Shown here piece by piece: positions 9,431 to 20,650 of a stretch of 64,000 nucleotides of DNA. The DNA lies in the NCBI RefSeq assembly GCF_009914755.1, contig NC_060948.1, one strand, 5' to 3'. Both the position numbers and the translations under genes were made by a program. The notes under the pieces are model-generated. The model was not told where the DNA came from and did not search any database. It saw nothing but the letters and a program-made list of their open reading frames with translations. Position 1 is the first letter of the stretch, and the number at the start of each line of letters is the position of its first letter. Origin of the DNA: the human T2T-CHM13v2.0 reference genome, Homo sapiens.

Positions 9431-12084
9431 TTATCCACTTTATTCGGGTGTCATAATGAATTGATCAATCCACGTGCTTTATTCTCTTCATGGAAATAAC
9501 CAGTCTGCGTTGGAGCTGGGCCTCTAAAGTTGTAGAGTGAATGGGTGTGGGATGTGTTGGGATTCTTCCTACAGGACAGAGTGGGAGAGGTAAAAGCAAA
9601 AGACAGCTTAGTTGGAGGCTGACTTCGTCCTGTGGAAGCAGAGATAGTTCAAGGAAAGGGGTTACTGGGTTTCCAGGGCCCAGTTTGCTGGGACCTCCAA
9701 AATCCTTCATTTTGGGTATCATCATACACAGTAGCTAAGCACAGGATGATGGAAATCTTAAAGTTCGCTTTCGTGTTGAATCCACATGTTCTTTTAAAGG
9801 TGAATGCATGATCCTTTTCTGGGACAATCAGCCTCTCAGGACTTCTGAAACATCAACGTGAGAAGAAATGGGCATGTAAGGTGTATGGAGGGACTGTGGG
9901 AAAGGTGACAGAGGCATGTGGGAAGGCATTCAGGATACGCTTTTGGCATAGATGACTAAGGGAAAACAGAAACTTACAGAAGTGAGGGGAAAGGGGGTGG
10001 ATTAGTGGAATATAAGATTGTTGGAGAATCCATCCATGGACTCTCTTGTCACTTGATGACCCAGGATATGGACACTCTTGTTGATGTTTACATCTTTAGT
10101 TGTTTTAAGCTTTTCTCCAAGATTCTGTGTTAGGTGAGGAGCCAATAACGTATGTAGCTAACAACAGTACGAGTGCATTTTGTGCTCTTGCAAAGTCTAG
10201 TGAGGCTCTATTCTCCCTCGTGATTGGCACTGCAGATTGTATCTGGAGCCCAGGGCCCCTAAATTTTCTGTGGCCTCTTCAGCATAGTTTGCCTAAGGTT
10301 TAGAACGTAAAGCGAATATAGTTGCGGAATATGTTTTGCAAGCCTCACACAGGAGGACAAAACATACAGCTTTCATTCGCGAGTGGGAGGCTGCTTCCCA
10401 GGAACACGTGTGTCTGCACAAGACAAGGGGTTGCCTCTGTCAAGGATGGGGCAGGAGGATTTCAGTGTCGGAGGCAGAACTTTCTTTCCTGTTCCCAGAT
10501 GAAACAGTTCCAACACGAGCATCCATGTTGACCACACGCTACTAGAGTGCTAACATTGCTGTCCCGTATAGACTCTGGTCAGCACAGCTTCTGTGAGAAG
10601 AGCTATGTTGTTTCAGGGAAGAGGGTTTGACAGTCAAAGTTCCTGAATCTGTTGTGGTGCCTGCAATATGCATTCTACCCCTCCTGCTCGGTGTCAAAGC
10701 AGTTGAGCTTTGAAAATCTATCGCCCGGTTTTGTCCCTGCTCCTATGCAGACCTCTGAAGCTCTGGAGCGGGAGTCTTGTCCTCCTCTGACTACCGTCCC
10801 CCTGACCCACAAACACAGGAGAAACAGGTGTTCTAAGCAAATTATTCTGAAAACAGTCGGAACCCTTTGGCCCCCTCAAGCTGCCCTGTATCCTACTGTG
10901 TGCATGTCAAAGACACTGTGGTCCAGTACGGTATCCCTATAGCGGCAATGGGGCAACAGATTGGTGTGTGCACTCTGGGCAACTCAGATTAGGAAACGTC
11001 TGGGGACTTGCCTATAACGAGGTCGTCTTAAAACGTGTTGCCCCAAATTTAAGGCATAGGAAAATGTTGAGGAAAGGGTCTTGCAATGATTTTTCTAGGA
11101 GGTAAATAGATAAGAAAATGACCGTAAATAGATGCCAGGGCTAGTTTTGGAGCTAGCCTGTTTTAAAGTGGTGGTAGGGGAGGAGCTTTTTCCAAGGCAG
11201 GTAGCAAACCAGGAACTGTCTACGATGGATGGGCGTGCCACGGGTTGGTGGCTCAGCCATATTGCCACCCCACCGAGTGAATGCAGCAGACTGGGCTTCT
11301 TCCTTGAATCCTACGTGCAATTCAGTCTAGTGATTTCACATGAGATCCCTTCTTCTGGTATTATCACAGATCGTGCTGAATTATACAGGCTGTGTAATGC
11401 TTCTTCCACTGAATATCCGTGCACGTGGGCCACAGATGCTAAGGGCACTGACAAATTTGCACCGTGCCTCAGTAACTCGGAAGCACATCTGTGATTTGTA
11501 CCGACAGGGACTTGGTGTCTTTTCGTGTTTAAAGTAGCACGTGTGTGTTTGTGGTTGCGTATGTTTATTTCTCTGTGCGGGTTTGTATATTTTCTCTGAC
11601 TCCACCTGTGTCTCCGTGGTTCCGATATTTTTCCACACTCCCTGCGACAATTTGCACATGCCTATCTCTACAACCATTGTAGACTTTGTATCTGTGTCTT
11701 TGAACATCTGTCACTCTCTCTCCCTTCCTTTTTTCTTTTCCTTCCTTTACACCCCTTTCATCCTTCCCTTGCTTCCCCACCACACTCTCTCCATCTGTAT
11801 CGTCTATCTTTCTATTCTCTATCTGGGTTTCCTTTCTAATTCTGAATTCAAGGGCATTGAATTGAAAAGAAGCACTCTTCGTACTTTTATGTGTTTTAAC
11901 TCATTTGGGGAATTTGGCGTGGTATTATTTACAGGGTTCTCTCTGCCCTTTCTCATTGTTCTCCCCAGCCGGGGCTGTTATTATGTGAAAGCTGGTTTCC
12001 TTCATCACATCGCGTAGGCTCTAATGATGTTTCGTTTATTTTGATTCTCCTCACACTACATAGTTTTAATTTACCTAATGTGAC

Positions 12085-12390
12085 TGTTTTTTTGTTTGTT
12101 TTCCGAGAATGGGTCTTACTCTGTCTTCTAGGTTGGACAGCAGCCCCACGATCTCAGCCCACTGCAGCCCAGGCACCACACACCCATGTGATCCTGTCAA
12201 CTCAGACTCTCACACACCTGGCAGTACAGGTGCATGCCACCCCTCCAAGCTATGTATTAATTAACTAAATACTTACTTTTTGAATGTGGGTCCATGTTGC
12301 CCCAGGCTCATCTGGAACTCCTGAGTGCAGGCAATCCTCCCACCTCAGCTTATCAAAGTGCTGGGATGACAGGTGTGACCCATGGCCCTG
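12085..12390 (-). mobile_element. Old diverged Alu (AluJ-like); also at ~32410-32715 and ~52682-52987
   Basis: T-rich tail, gggtcttactctgtc...catgttgccccaggct...aactcctgag...caatcctcccacctcagc...caaagtgctgggatgacaggtgtga. Confidence 0.75.
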
Positions 12391-12532
12391 CCATGGCTTT
12401 GTGTTTTTTGCTTTTTTCTTCCTCCTCCTCACGTCTTGTTTTGAAACATGCACTGAAGGTTTCAATTCATGGACTGTAGTCTCTGTGCCTGGAATTTCTA
12501 TCTTTCAACTCATCATCAGCATTCATTGGGAT

Positions 12533-12536
<4 letters not shown>

Positions 12537-12579
<43 letters not shown>

Positions 12580-12692
12580 AGAATACCTATGTACACACAT
12601 ATATATGTATATACATGTATATACGTATATATGCACATTTATATACGTATATACATGTATATACGTATATATATACATGTACACATATGTAT
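12537..12692. repeat. (TA)n / TA-rich low-complexity tract
   Basis: Directly visible; the pure (TA)n run is expanded only in unit 1. Confidence 0.9.
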
Positions 12693-12779
12693 TTATTTCT
12701 CAAGTTACGAAACGGCTTGCATTCTTTCCTGTGTCATGAAAAAGACTTTGCTAGAAAAGAAAAGCACTGCTTTATAATA

Positions 12780-14560
12780 AAATATTTTATTTGCATTTAT
12801 TTTGTTAAGGCATTTTAAAAATTGTATGTTTGTTTAAAAAATGTCATATGAAATGATACATATTTACAACTTAAGGCGTGATGTTCAACAGGTCATATAC
12901 ATTATGCATTGGATACATCCAGCCAATCAACATATGTGTGACCTCACATAGTTGTCATTTTTGTTGTGAAAAAACTTGACTTGCACTGTATTCGAATATT
13001 TTTAGAGAAAGAATATGTTACCACTAGTTATAGTGAGCATGCTGAAGAAAATATTTTTAACCTATTCCTCCTTTATAACTAGAAGTATGAGTTCTTCATC
13101 CAGCATCTCGTCAGTGCACCCTCTTCACCGCAGTCATTGGAGTCACTACTTCTGTGAAGTCCGCTTTTTTGATTTCATATAAGAATGAGATCATGTGCTA
13201 TTTTCCTTTCTGATACCTGGCTTATGTCACTTAACAGAATGGCATGCACACATTCAGCAGATTCCCACACATTCTCACAACTGGCAGGATTTCCTGATTT
13301 CTTATTGCAGCGCATATTTCCGTTGCGCATATGCGTTTTTGCCCCATTTTTTAATCCACTTATCAATGGAGGGACACTCAGGTTGCTTCCGCATTTTGGC
13401 TACAGCAAAAATGTAATGAGTGCAGCAATAATTGCATGGGTGCGCGCACCGCTTCAACATACTGATCTGTGTACTGGCGGGCGTGCCCGGGTATTCTGAT
13501 TTGCTGGATCATATAGTGGGTGGTTCTAATTGTAGATTTCTGAAGGCTGTTTATACTTAAATAAGAGCCATAAAGCTTCTTTAATGCCAGCACTAATTTA
13601 CATTCTCCCCAAAAGTGAGCAGGGAATTCGTTTTCTCTGCCTCCTCACCAGAGATTAGGGTTTTCTTTTCTTTCTTTTTTTTTTTTGTTTGTTTGTCTTT
13701 CGGATAATATGCATTCTGACTGAAGTGAGAAGAAATCTCATTGTGTTTTTGATTTGCATTTTCGTGATGGATTGGGGATAATGAGGAATTTTTAGTGTGT
13801 CTTCTGGGCAACTGTATGTCTCAGTTTCACAAATGAGTCTTCGCAGCCTTCGCCCATTTGTTTTCATGCTATTGAGTTGTTGGGAGTTCCTTATGTACTG
13901 TGACTATTCCCCCATGAACAGATGTATGGTGATCCAATCATTGCTCCCATCCTGTAGGATGCCCCTTCTGTATGTTGAGTTTTCTATGGTGTGGTGAAGC
14001 ACTTTAGTTTGATATGATTCCATTCTCTATTTTTGATGGTGTTTACTGTGTTCTTGCAGTCACTTTGAGACCATCATTGCACACACGGACGCCATGGAGC
14101 TTCTTCCTTGTGATCTCTTCTGCTATTTTTATCGTTTCACATCTGACACTGGAGTTTGGTGATAAATAATCCACTTGTAAAATCCTTTGTGTGGCTATTC
14201 AGATTTCCCCAACCTAGTTTATAGAAGATACTTGATTTTGCATTGGGCGTTCTTGCTTCTTTGGGAAAAGGCTGTGAGCTGCAAATGCAGTGACTTAGTT
14301 CTGGGCTCCTGTTGTTTTTCCTAAGCTCTAGTCTCTGCTTTTCTGCCAGTGCTATTGTATTTTGGTACAAAAAGTTTTGTAGTAGTATATCATGAAGTTA
14401 GGTAGTGTGGTGGCTCCAGCTTTGTGCTTTTTACTGGATTGCTCTGGGTTTTCAGGATCTTCTGCCATTTCATAGCAAATTTGGGATTCCCAGATTGTTT
14501 TTCTAAGAAGAATGTGTCATTGATATTTTTACAGGGGTTGTATAGAATCTGAGGATGACT
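12780..14560 (-). mobile_element. Old LINE-1 remnant (ORF2 3' part plus 3' UTR); also at ~33083-34864 and ~53355-55135
   Basis: Minus-strand peptides TKMQIKNTMRFLLTSVRMHIIRK (cf. L1 ORF2 REMQIKTTMRYHLTPVRMAIIKK) and YQN...KSSIFYKLGWGN (cf. KDSLFNKWCWEN); L1 3' UTR motifs gagatcatg...tggcttat and ttgctggatcatat. Confidence 0.85.
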
Positions 14561-14627
14561 CAGGTAGTAGTGATGTCAATGCCGTTTAGACAATGTGCGT
14601 GTTTGTGTGCACAAGCTCAGGGCCAAG

Positions 14628-16045
14628 AGACACTGGGTGTCCTCACCAATACTGAGGTGGGCCTTAATATCCAGCCAGATTGCCTTCTGGAAACACACGG
14701 AATGTCCTGTTCTGTTTTGCCATCTCTTCACATTTCCTCCCCTGTGAGCCCTGTGTGGTCCTCCAGATTCCCTGTGCGGTGGCCTGCCTTTTTTGGGGTG
14801 GGGAGTTGCTGGGTGAATGAGGATGGCGGAGGGAACCAAGCATGTCAGTGGAGCGTGGTGTCATCCAAACGGTACTTAGCAGGCCTGGGAGAGTCATTCT
14901 GGGAGGACGCAGACCTAGAGAGGCCTCAGGTGGGCATCTGTGTGGAGGGTGAGAGATCCCTGGTTGAGCCCAAACTGAACCCCAGGTAGAAGCAAGCCTC
15001 AGGACAGGGAAGTAGCTAGCAAGGGATGATGAGGCAGCTATCTCTTGACCCTGGCTTCCCACCCATTGACCTTAGCTACTTATGCCTATTAAGCAGATTA
15101 CGGTTCCCCCATCGTGAAATGTGGGTACCACCGTTCCCTAATGGGCATTTCTCCACCAGCCCATGATGGCCTGAGTTTCCTTACTGCAGTCTCCTCCCTG
15201 AGCCTTGGCTTCTCTATGTGTGTCCTAACTCCAGGACCCACAGGCCTGTCAACCCCCAGCCCTGGGCTGCTTCCCTGGCCTCTTCTCTGTTCCCTCTCTG
15301 AGGGCCTAACTCCCTTGGGTAGTGCTGCAGAATATAGAGCCACAGGCCCTGGCTGATGATCTGGTGGACTGGGCAAATTGGTCGTGACAGGTCAGGTTCT
15401 GGTTCAAAGCCAATTCCTCCGATGCCAAGGAATGTCGAAGAAGGTCCTTTGCCATGATGCCCCATAGCTGCCCCACCTCAGCAATCGTGCCGTAACCTGG
15501 GCCCTCACAGTCAGACAACCAGCTGAAGAAGCTCAGGCAGTGACCTGCGGGAAACTCGGGCTTTCACCTGCATGACCCTAGAACCACTGGACTGCAGTGG
15601 AGCCAGTCACCCTGTATCCTGGAGGGAGACGAGTCAGGAAGGCGCACGCCAGGCCCAGCTCCCGAGGTACTACCCCCTCTACTCCTCAGGGAGGATGCCA
15701 ATGCAATACTCCTTAGTCATCACTTTGTTTCCGAAGTAAATGTTGTGATGAAAGGCAAACTTCTTCCTACCCCTTGTATTCAGGGTGGCCGAGTTCCTCC
15801 ACCTGCCTGTCCAAGAAGGAGAAACAGGGCTGTGAAGGGGCAATTTCATCTAGGTGGGCTGAGGTGGCATTCTAGCCGGGGTGAAGCATGCGTTTCCCCT
15901 TCCCAGCTTTCCCGCTGAGACACACCTGAGCCCCAGAAGGACCTCAACCTGACCAGGACCTTAGCGCCCTCCCCCAGACCCAGGCTTTCCATCCTGACCT
16001 GCAAATCCAACATGCAGCTTTGAAGGACTTTCTCATGGTTTCTGA
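14628..16045 (-). pseudogene. Second diverged TSPY-family paralogue B, 5'-truncated (3' part of exon 2 ending 15999; exon 3 from 15802; exon 4 15618-15477; exon 5 from 15360)
   Basis: Translates ...KVLQSCMLDLQ|VEELGHPEY...KFAFHHNIYFGNKVMTKEYCIGIL|GYRVTGSTAVQWF*...FFSWLSDCEGPGYGTIAE|IISQGLWLYILQHY. Co-linear nucleotide similarity to 2699-4200 includes introns; in-frame stops present. Confidence 0.8.
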
Positions 16046-18094
16046 GCTCCTTGCTCTCACCAGAAAGAATCAGAACTTTTAAAGTGTTCTTTATGCCAAC
16101 TTAAATTTTTTCATTTTTACTACCTCATGTTTTGGATGAGGCATGTATTTTTAAATTTATTTTCACCCTTATTGTACCTCTATGATAAACTGCTTGCTTA
16201 CATTCATACCGTAATTATCTCTCAGGTTACTTGTCTGTTCCTAAAGATTCACTGAAACGAAGAATTCTATATATGCTTGTATCTTTCAGCAACCGTATGT
16301 CAGATAGCACTGCACATTACTGCAGACATCGCATATACAGGTCCAAAGGTAGAGGAAGAAGAAGAAAGCAAGCGTTAAACTCTATTCATTCCTAAAAGCA
16401 TATCAGAAACTCACAAATAACAGTGAAATCAAAGAATGATCACAGCCAATTCCATTACATACCTAGACTGAAATACGAAACTTCAAAGAAAAGAAACATT
16501 AGAACTTTGGGTTTGTAAAAATTTTCCTATATAGATAAAATTATTGGTAACTGTGTCTCACTAGAAAACGTAAACAAAAATCCATGTTTTTCATATTTGT
16601 AAATATACATAGTTTTATTTCCATCAGTTATGACATGCAAGCAAGTAATAAAGTGAAAGTACAATCAAATGATATATGGAACTTCCTCAGTCTTAAAATA
16701 TTCCATGGAGACTATCAATTTTATGAAAACTATAAAGAATGCTTCATGAAACTACATTGTACAGTGCCATTTACTATTTTACTGACATTTTAAATAATCA
16801 ACAATTAAAGGGAATACGTCAACATTATTTAATACCAATAACGTTATTTTTCTTGAGTAATCCTGTTGAAATTAAGGATTTTAAATAAAACATTAAAAAC
16901 AAATTATATTGACTGATTTCAGCTTTGGATGAAATCATACTTGTGTATTTGTAGTAATGCGAAGCATAACTTTCTCCTCACAATTAATCTTTTATAACAT
17001 CGGTGTTATAGTTTTCTCTGACACCAACATTGTGATATCGCACAGGTTTACTGCATGCATGCATTACATGCCTCCAGAGAGTAGGCTTCAAATATATGGA
17101 AAAATTATATTTATGAAAAAATTCTAGGAAAGGGAATGGTGAAATGGAAGAGAATTTCTCACTTGCTAACTGTTGGACATGGATTTGTATATATTTGGAT
17201 ATAGACACATACTGGCACACTGTGAGTTTGCCCATGTATATATACACTTATATGAGAAACCCATAATATATGGGTTGTGTAATCTTTTAATTAATCCATA
17301 ATTGTATGTGTGTGAAATTAGATAAGCGGTTACCTTTTCTTTACTCAATTTGATGGAAAGCCAAAAAACTCTGTCCACCTTCATTTCAATTAATCCAATA
17401 CTGTTAACTGCTGGTAGCTTCATTCTCCTTGTTCTCTTACGGCAACCGGAAAGTTAATTCTCGCTCTAATTTGGCTTTCAAGGTGCGATCAACAAGAGTG
17501 TCACCTTGCTGTGGATTGTGACCTCTGACTCCACCTCTGTCTTCCTTTTGCAGTCCTACCTTTGCATAGGTAACAAACTTTGTACATGGTTAAAAGGATA
17601 AAAGTTCAGTGAAATGTCAAGCCATGCTGTGAAATGTTCCATAGTTTCTATATCTCTAATTGTCCTTTGATGTTATAGAGGCAAGAAAAATAATTCAATG
17701 TTTTTCTTAGTATCTAGTCCAATGCACGCTTTCTTCATAATACTGCAAACAAGGCACTGACATGGAAACGTGGCTGGACGTCTCAAAATCTCTTCTCATT
17801 AATTACCATTATGTTAATCACTGTTGCCCACAACTGGAATTGGACTTTGAAATCCCCTGGTGGAAATTGCTATAATGGCTCAAACTACTGGAAAGACTAT
17901 CTTTTTTTTACCTGAAAATATCTGATGAGCATAGACGTATGCTATATACAGGAACATATTGTACATTAACAACATACCATCACTGCCACTCAATAATAGG
18001 TATCCCAAACCTTTGAGCCAAACTGAGCTCGGGTGCTCCCACAAACCAAGCTTTTCCCTCCACAGATTTCTTATGTCAAAAAGCCACAACTCCA

Positions 18095-18400
18095 GGCCAG
18101 GCTTCGTGGCTCTTGTTGTAATTTCTACATTTTGGGAGGCCGAGGTTGGTGGGTCACTTGAGGTCAGGAGTTGGAGACCAGCATGGGCAACATGGCAAAA
18201 AGCTGTCTCTACCAAAAATACAAAAATTAGCCAGACCTAGTGGCACTTTCCTGTGGTCCCAGCTACTTGGGAGGCTGAGGCAGGAGAACCACCTGAACAT
18301 GGGTGGCAGAGATTGTATAGTAAGCCAAGATCAGACTACTGCACTCCAGCCTGGATGACACAGCGAGACCATGACTGAAAAAAGAAAAAAAAAAAATAAA
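18095..18400 (+). mobile_element. Full-length diverged Alu with degenerate target-site duplication (caactcca); also at ~38398-38690 and ~58669-58974
   Basis: ggccaggc...tttgggaggccgagg...gaggtcaggagtt...aaaaatacaaaaattagcc...ctgcactccagcctgg followed by A tail; caactcca occurs on both flanks. Confidence 0.92.
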
Positions 18401-18445
18401 GGCAACTCCACTCGTCCACTGGCTTAGGTAAAAAGTACTGGAGTT

Positions 18446-18763
18446 GGCTGGGCTCGGTGGCTCACACCTGTATTCCCAGCACTTTGGATTTTGGGAAGCT
18501 GAGTCGGGCGGGTCACCTGAGATCTGTAGTAGGAGAGCAGCCTGGCCAACATGGTGAAGCCTGGCTTCTACTAAAAATACAAAACATTAGCTGAGCGTGG
18601 TGATGCATGCTTGTAATCCCAGCTACTGCAGAGGCTGAACCTGGGAGGCGGAGGATGTGTTGAGCTGAGATCCTGCCACTGCGCTCCAGCCTGGTCTACA
18701 GAGCGAGAGTACCCTGTGAGAAACAAAGGTGAAGAGAACAAGAAAAAAAAAATGAGAAAAATA
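18446..18763 (+). mobile_element. Second full-length diverged Alu; also at ~38736-39052 and ~59020-59337
   Basis: ggctgggctcggtggctcacacctgtattcccagcacttt...cctggccaacatggtgaa...ctactaaaaatacaaaa...ccactgcgctccagcctgg. Confidence 0.92.
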
Positions 18764-18858
18764 AGACCCACTGCAAAAGGTTGCCACAGAAAAGATTAAA
18801 CATTTCAGCAACTTCTATCTTCTGTCATGGAAGCCAAGGTTATTTGGACCAAACCTCC

Positions 18859-19211
18859 TGTCTTAGTTCATTTTCACGCTGCTGAAGAAGACATACCTGA
18901 AACTGGGAATAAAAGGAGGTTTAATTGGACTGACAGTTCCACATGGCTGTGGAGGCCTCAGAATCATGGTATACGAATAAAGGCACTTCTTACATGGCAA
19001 TGCCAAGAGAGAATGAGGAAGAACCTGAGGCAGAAACCCCTGAAAAACCCATCAGATCCCGTGAGACTTCTTCACTGTCACAAGAATAGCATGAGAAAGA
19101 CCAACCCCCATGATTCAATTACCTCCCCCTGGGTCGCACCCGCAACACGAGGGAATTCTGGGAGATACAATTGAAGCTGAGATTTGAATGGAGACACACC
19201 AAACCATGTCA
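18859..19211 (-). mobile_element. THE1 (ERVL-MaLR) solo LTR, THE1C-like
   Basis: TG...CA termini, 353 bp, diagnostic ttttcacgctgctga...gtttaattggact...catgattcaattacctccccctgggtc...caaaccatgtca; 5-bp flanks cctcc/cttcc fit a target-site duplication. Subfamily assigned from recalled consensus. Confidence 0.9.
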
Positions 19212-19729
19212 CTTCCCAAACAATTAAAAATTCCCAATAGAAGAAGCATTAATTATATCAAAAAGTGGTGGACCAAGAAGGAACTATTAGCCTCATATCT
19301 CAAGAAAGACTCCAGTCAAGGCCTAGGGACTACTCATGAAAAGAGTTTAATAGCCGACTCTCTCCCAGTGGATCTGGATTCCACCGGACTGTATCTTCAC
19401 AGTAAGGGTGAAACAGAAGCAAACCCATTCCTATTTCCAAGCTCAAGGAACTTTGGTCAAAGTTCTCTTGGAGCTGAGCAGAACAAGGAGGCAAACAGAA
19501 AAGATTTGTGTCCCTGAGAAGTCATGGCCACAGGCTGGCTATCACACAGATTGTCAAGCCAGTTCCATATTGCATGGGTATTACAGAAAATCTCAAAACA
19601 TAAATTTGTGTGTGGGTTGTCCCAGAGTAGCAGGATCTGGCAGAAGGAAATTTCCTTCTAACCCTCAAAGAATCCACATAAATCTTGTTACATTTGGGAT
19701 TTTACGATTTGCTTCAGGAATGAGAATGG

Positions 19730-20650
19730 CCTTAATTTTCATATCTTTTTCTACACTCAGTTTATGTCTTGTTGGCATCAAAGTTCTGCTTCCTTCACAC
19801 AATGAGTTTAGGATTTTCCCTTTTTTATTCTATAGAATTCTTCATATATATTGAAATGCTCTGCCTGGGGAAAAAAATCTGAGCCTAGCGTTTTATCTCT
19901 AGGAAGAATCCTTTATTTCCTTGAACATTTATGAGACTATACAGATTATATATGTCTTCTTGTATCAATTTTACTAAGCTATATACATAGCTTATGTTTA
20001 TATATTATATATATAAATGTAAGATACAAATATAAAAATTATGTATAAATATGAAAATATATATAGAAAGCGATATATATGTCTATATATATAGACAGAT
20101 TATAAATATCTGTCTATTTGATCTAAGTTTTCAAATTTGTAGGTTAAGGTGTTAACGATATTTCCTTATTAGCTTCTTAATCTATGCTGTATCTATGGTT
20201 GTGTACCTTTTAAATTCTTAGTTTTATCTATGTTTTCTCCCTTTTTTTCTAAACTTGACTGACGGTTGCATCATTTATTATATTTCTCCAACAAGCAAAG
20301 GTTAGCTTTGTATGTTTTACTAATTTTGTCTACATCATTATTCCCACACTTTAGTTTTTCAGAATTGATTCTGTTGTTTCTTTTCTAATTCTTTATTGAA
20401 ATATCTAGTACATTAATTTTCAAGTTATTAGAGAAATATTTGTCTGTAAACTCCTATTGTAATATCACTTTTCTTGCTACTCACAGATTTAATCTTTAAT
20501 ATTGGCGGTATCATTGAGTTCTAAGTACATTTCAATTCCTAGTATGATAATCTATGAATTGCTGAGAAATAGTGTTTACAATTTTGTTGTTCTATTTCCA
20601 CTTAAGTTTATTTTTACTTCTGCTAACTCAATTGAAAATTCTTTACTAAT
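19730..20650 (-). mobile_element. Ancient LINE-1 (L1M-like) ORF2 fragment interrupted by a TA-rich tract (~19980-20110); also at 1-333, ~40019-40939, ~60304-61224
   Basis: T-rich sequence resembling the antisense of L1 ORF2; highly diverged, boundaries approximate. Confidence 0.55.

Larger units (their letters stand above)
1..20317 (+). repeat. TSPY/DYZ5 tandem array unit 1 (20,317 bp; boundary set arbitrarily at window start)
   Basis: The window-start sequence tactaattttgtctacatc recurs at 20318, 40607 and 60892, and the whole ORF track repeats with a ~20.3 kb period. Confidence 0.97.

Noticed and set aside
19120-19150. Possible PRDM9 hotspot motif in the THE1 LTR
   Set aside because: cctccccctgggtc does not match CCNCCNTNNCCNC.
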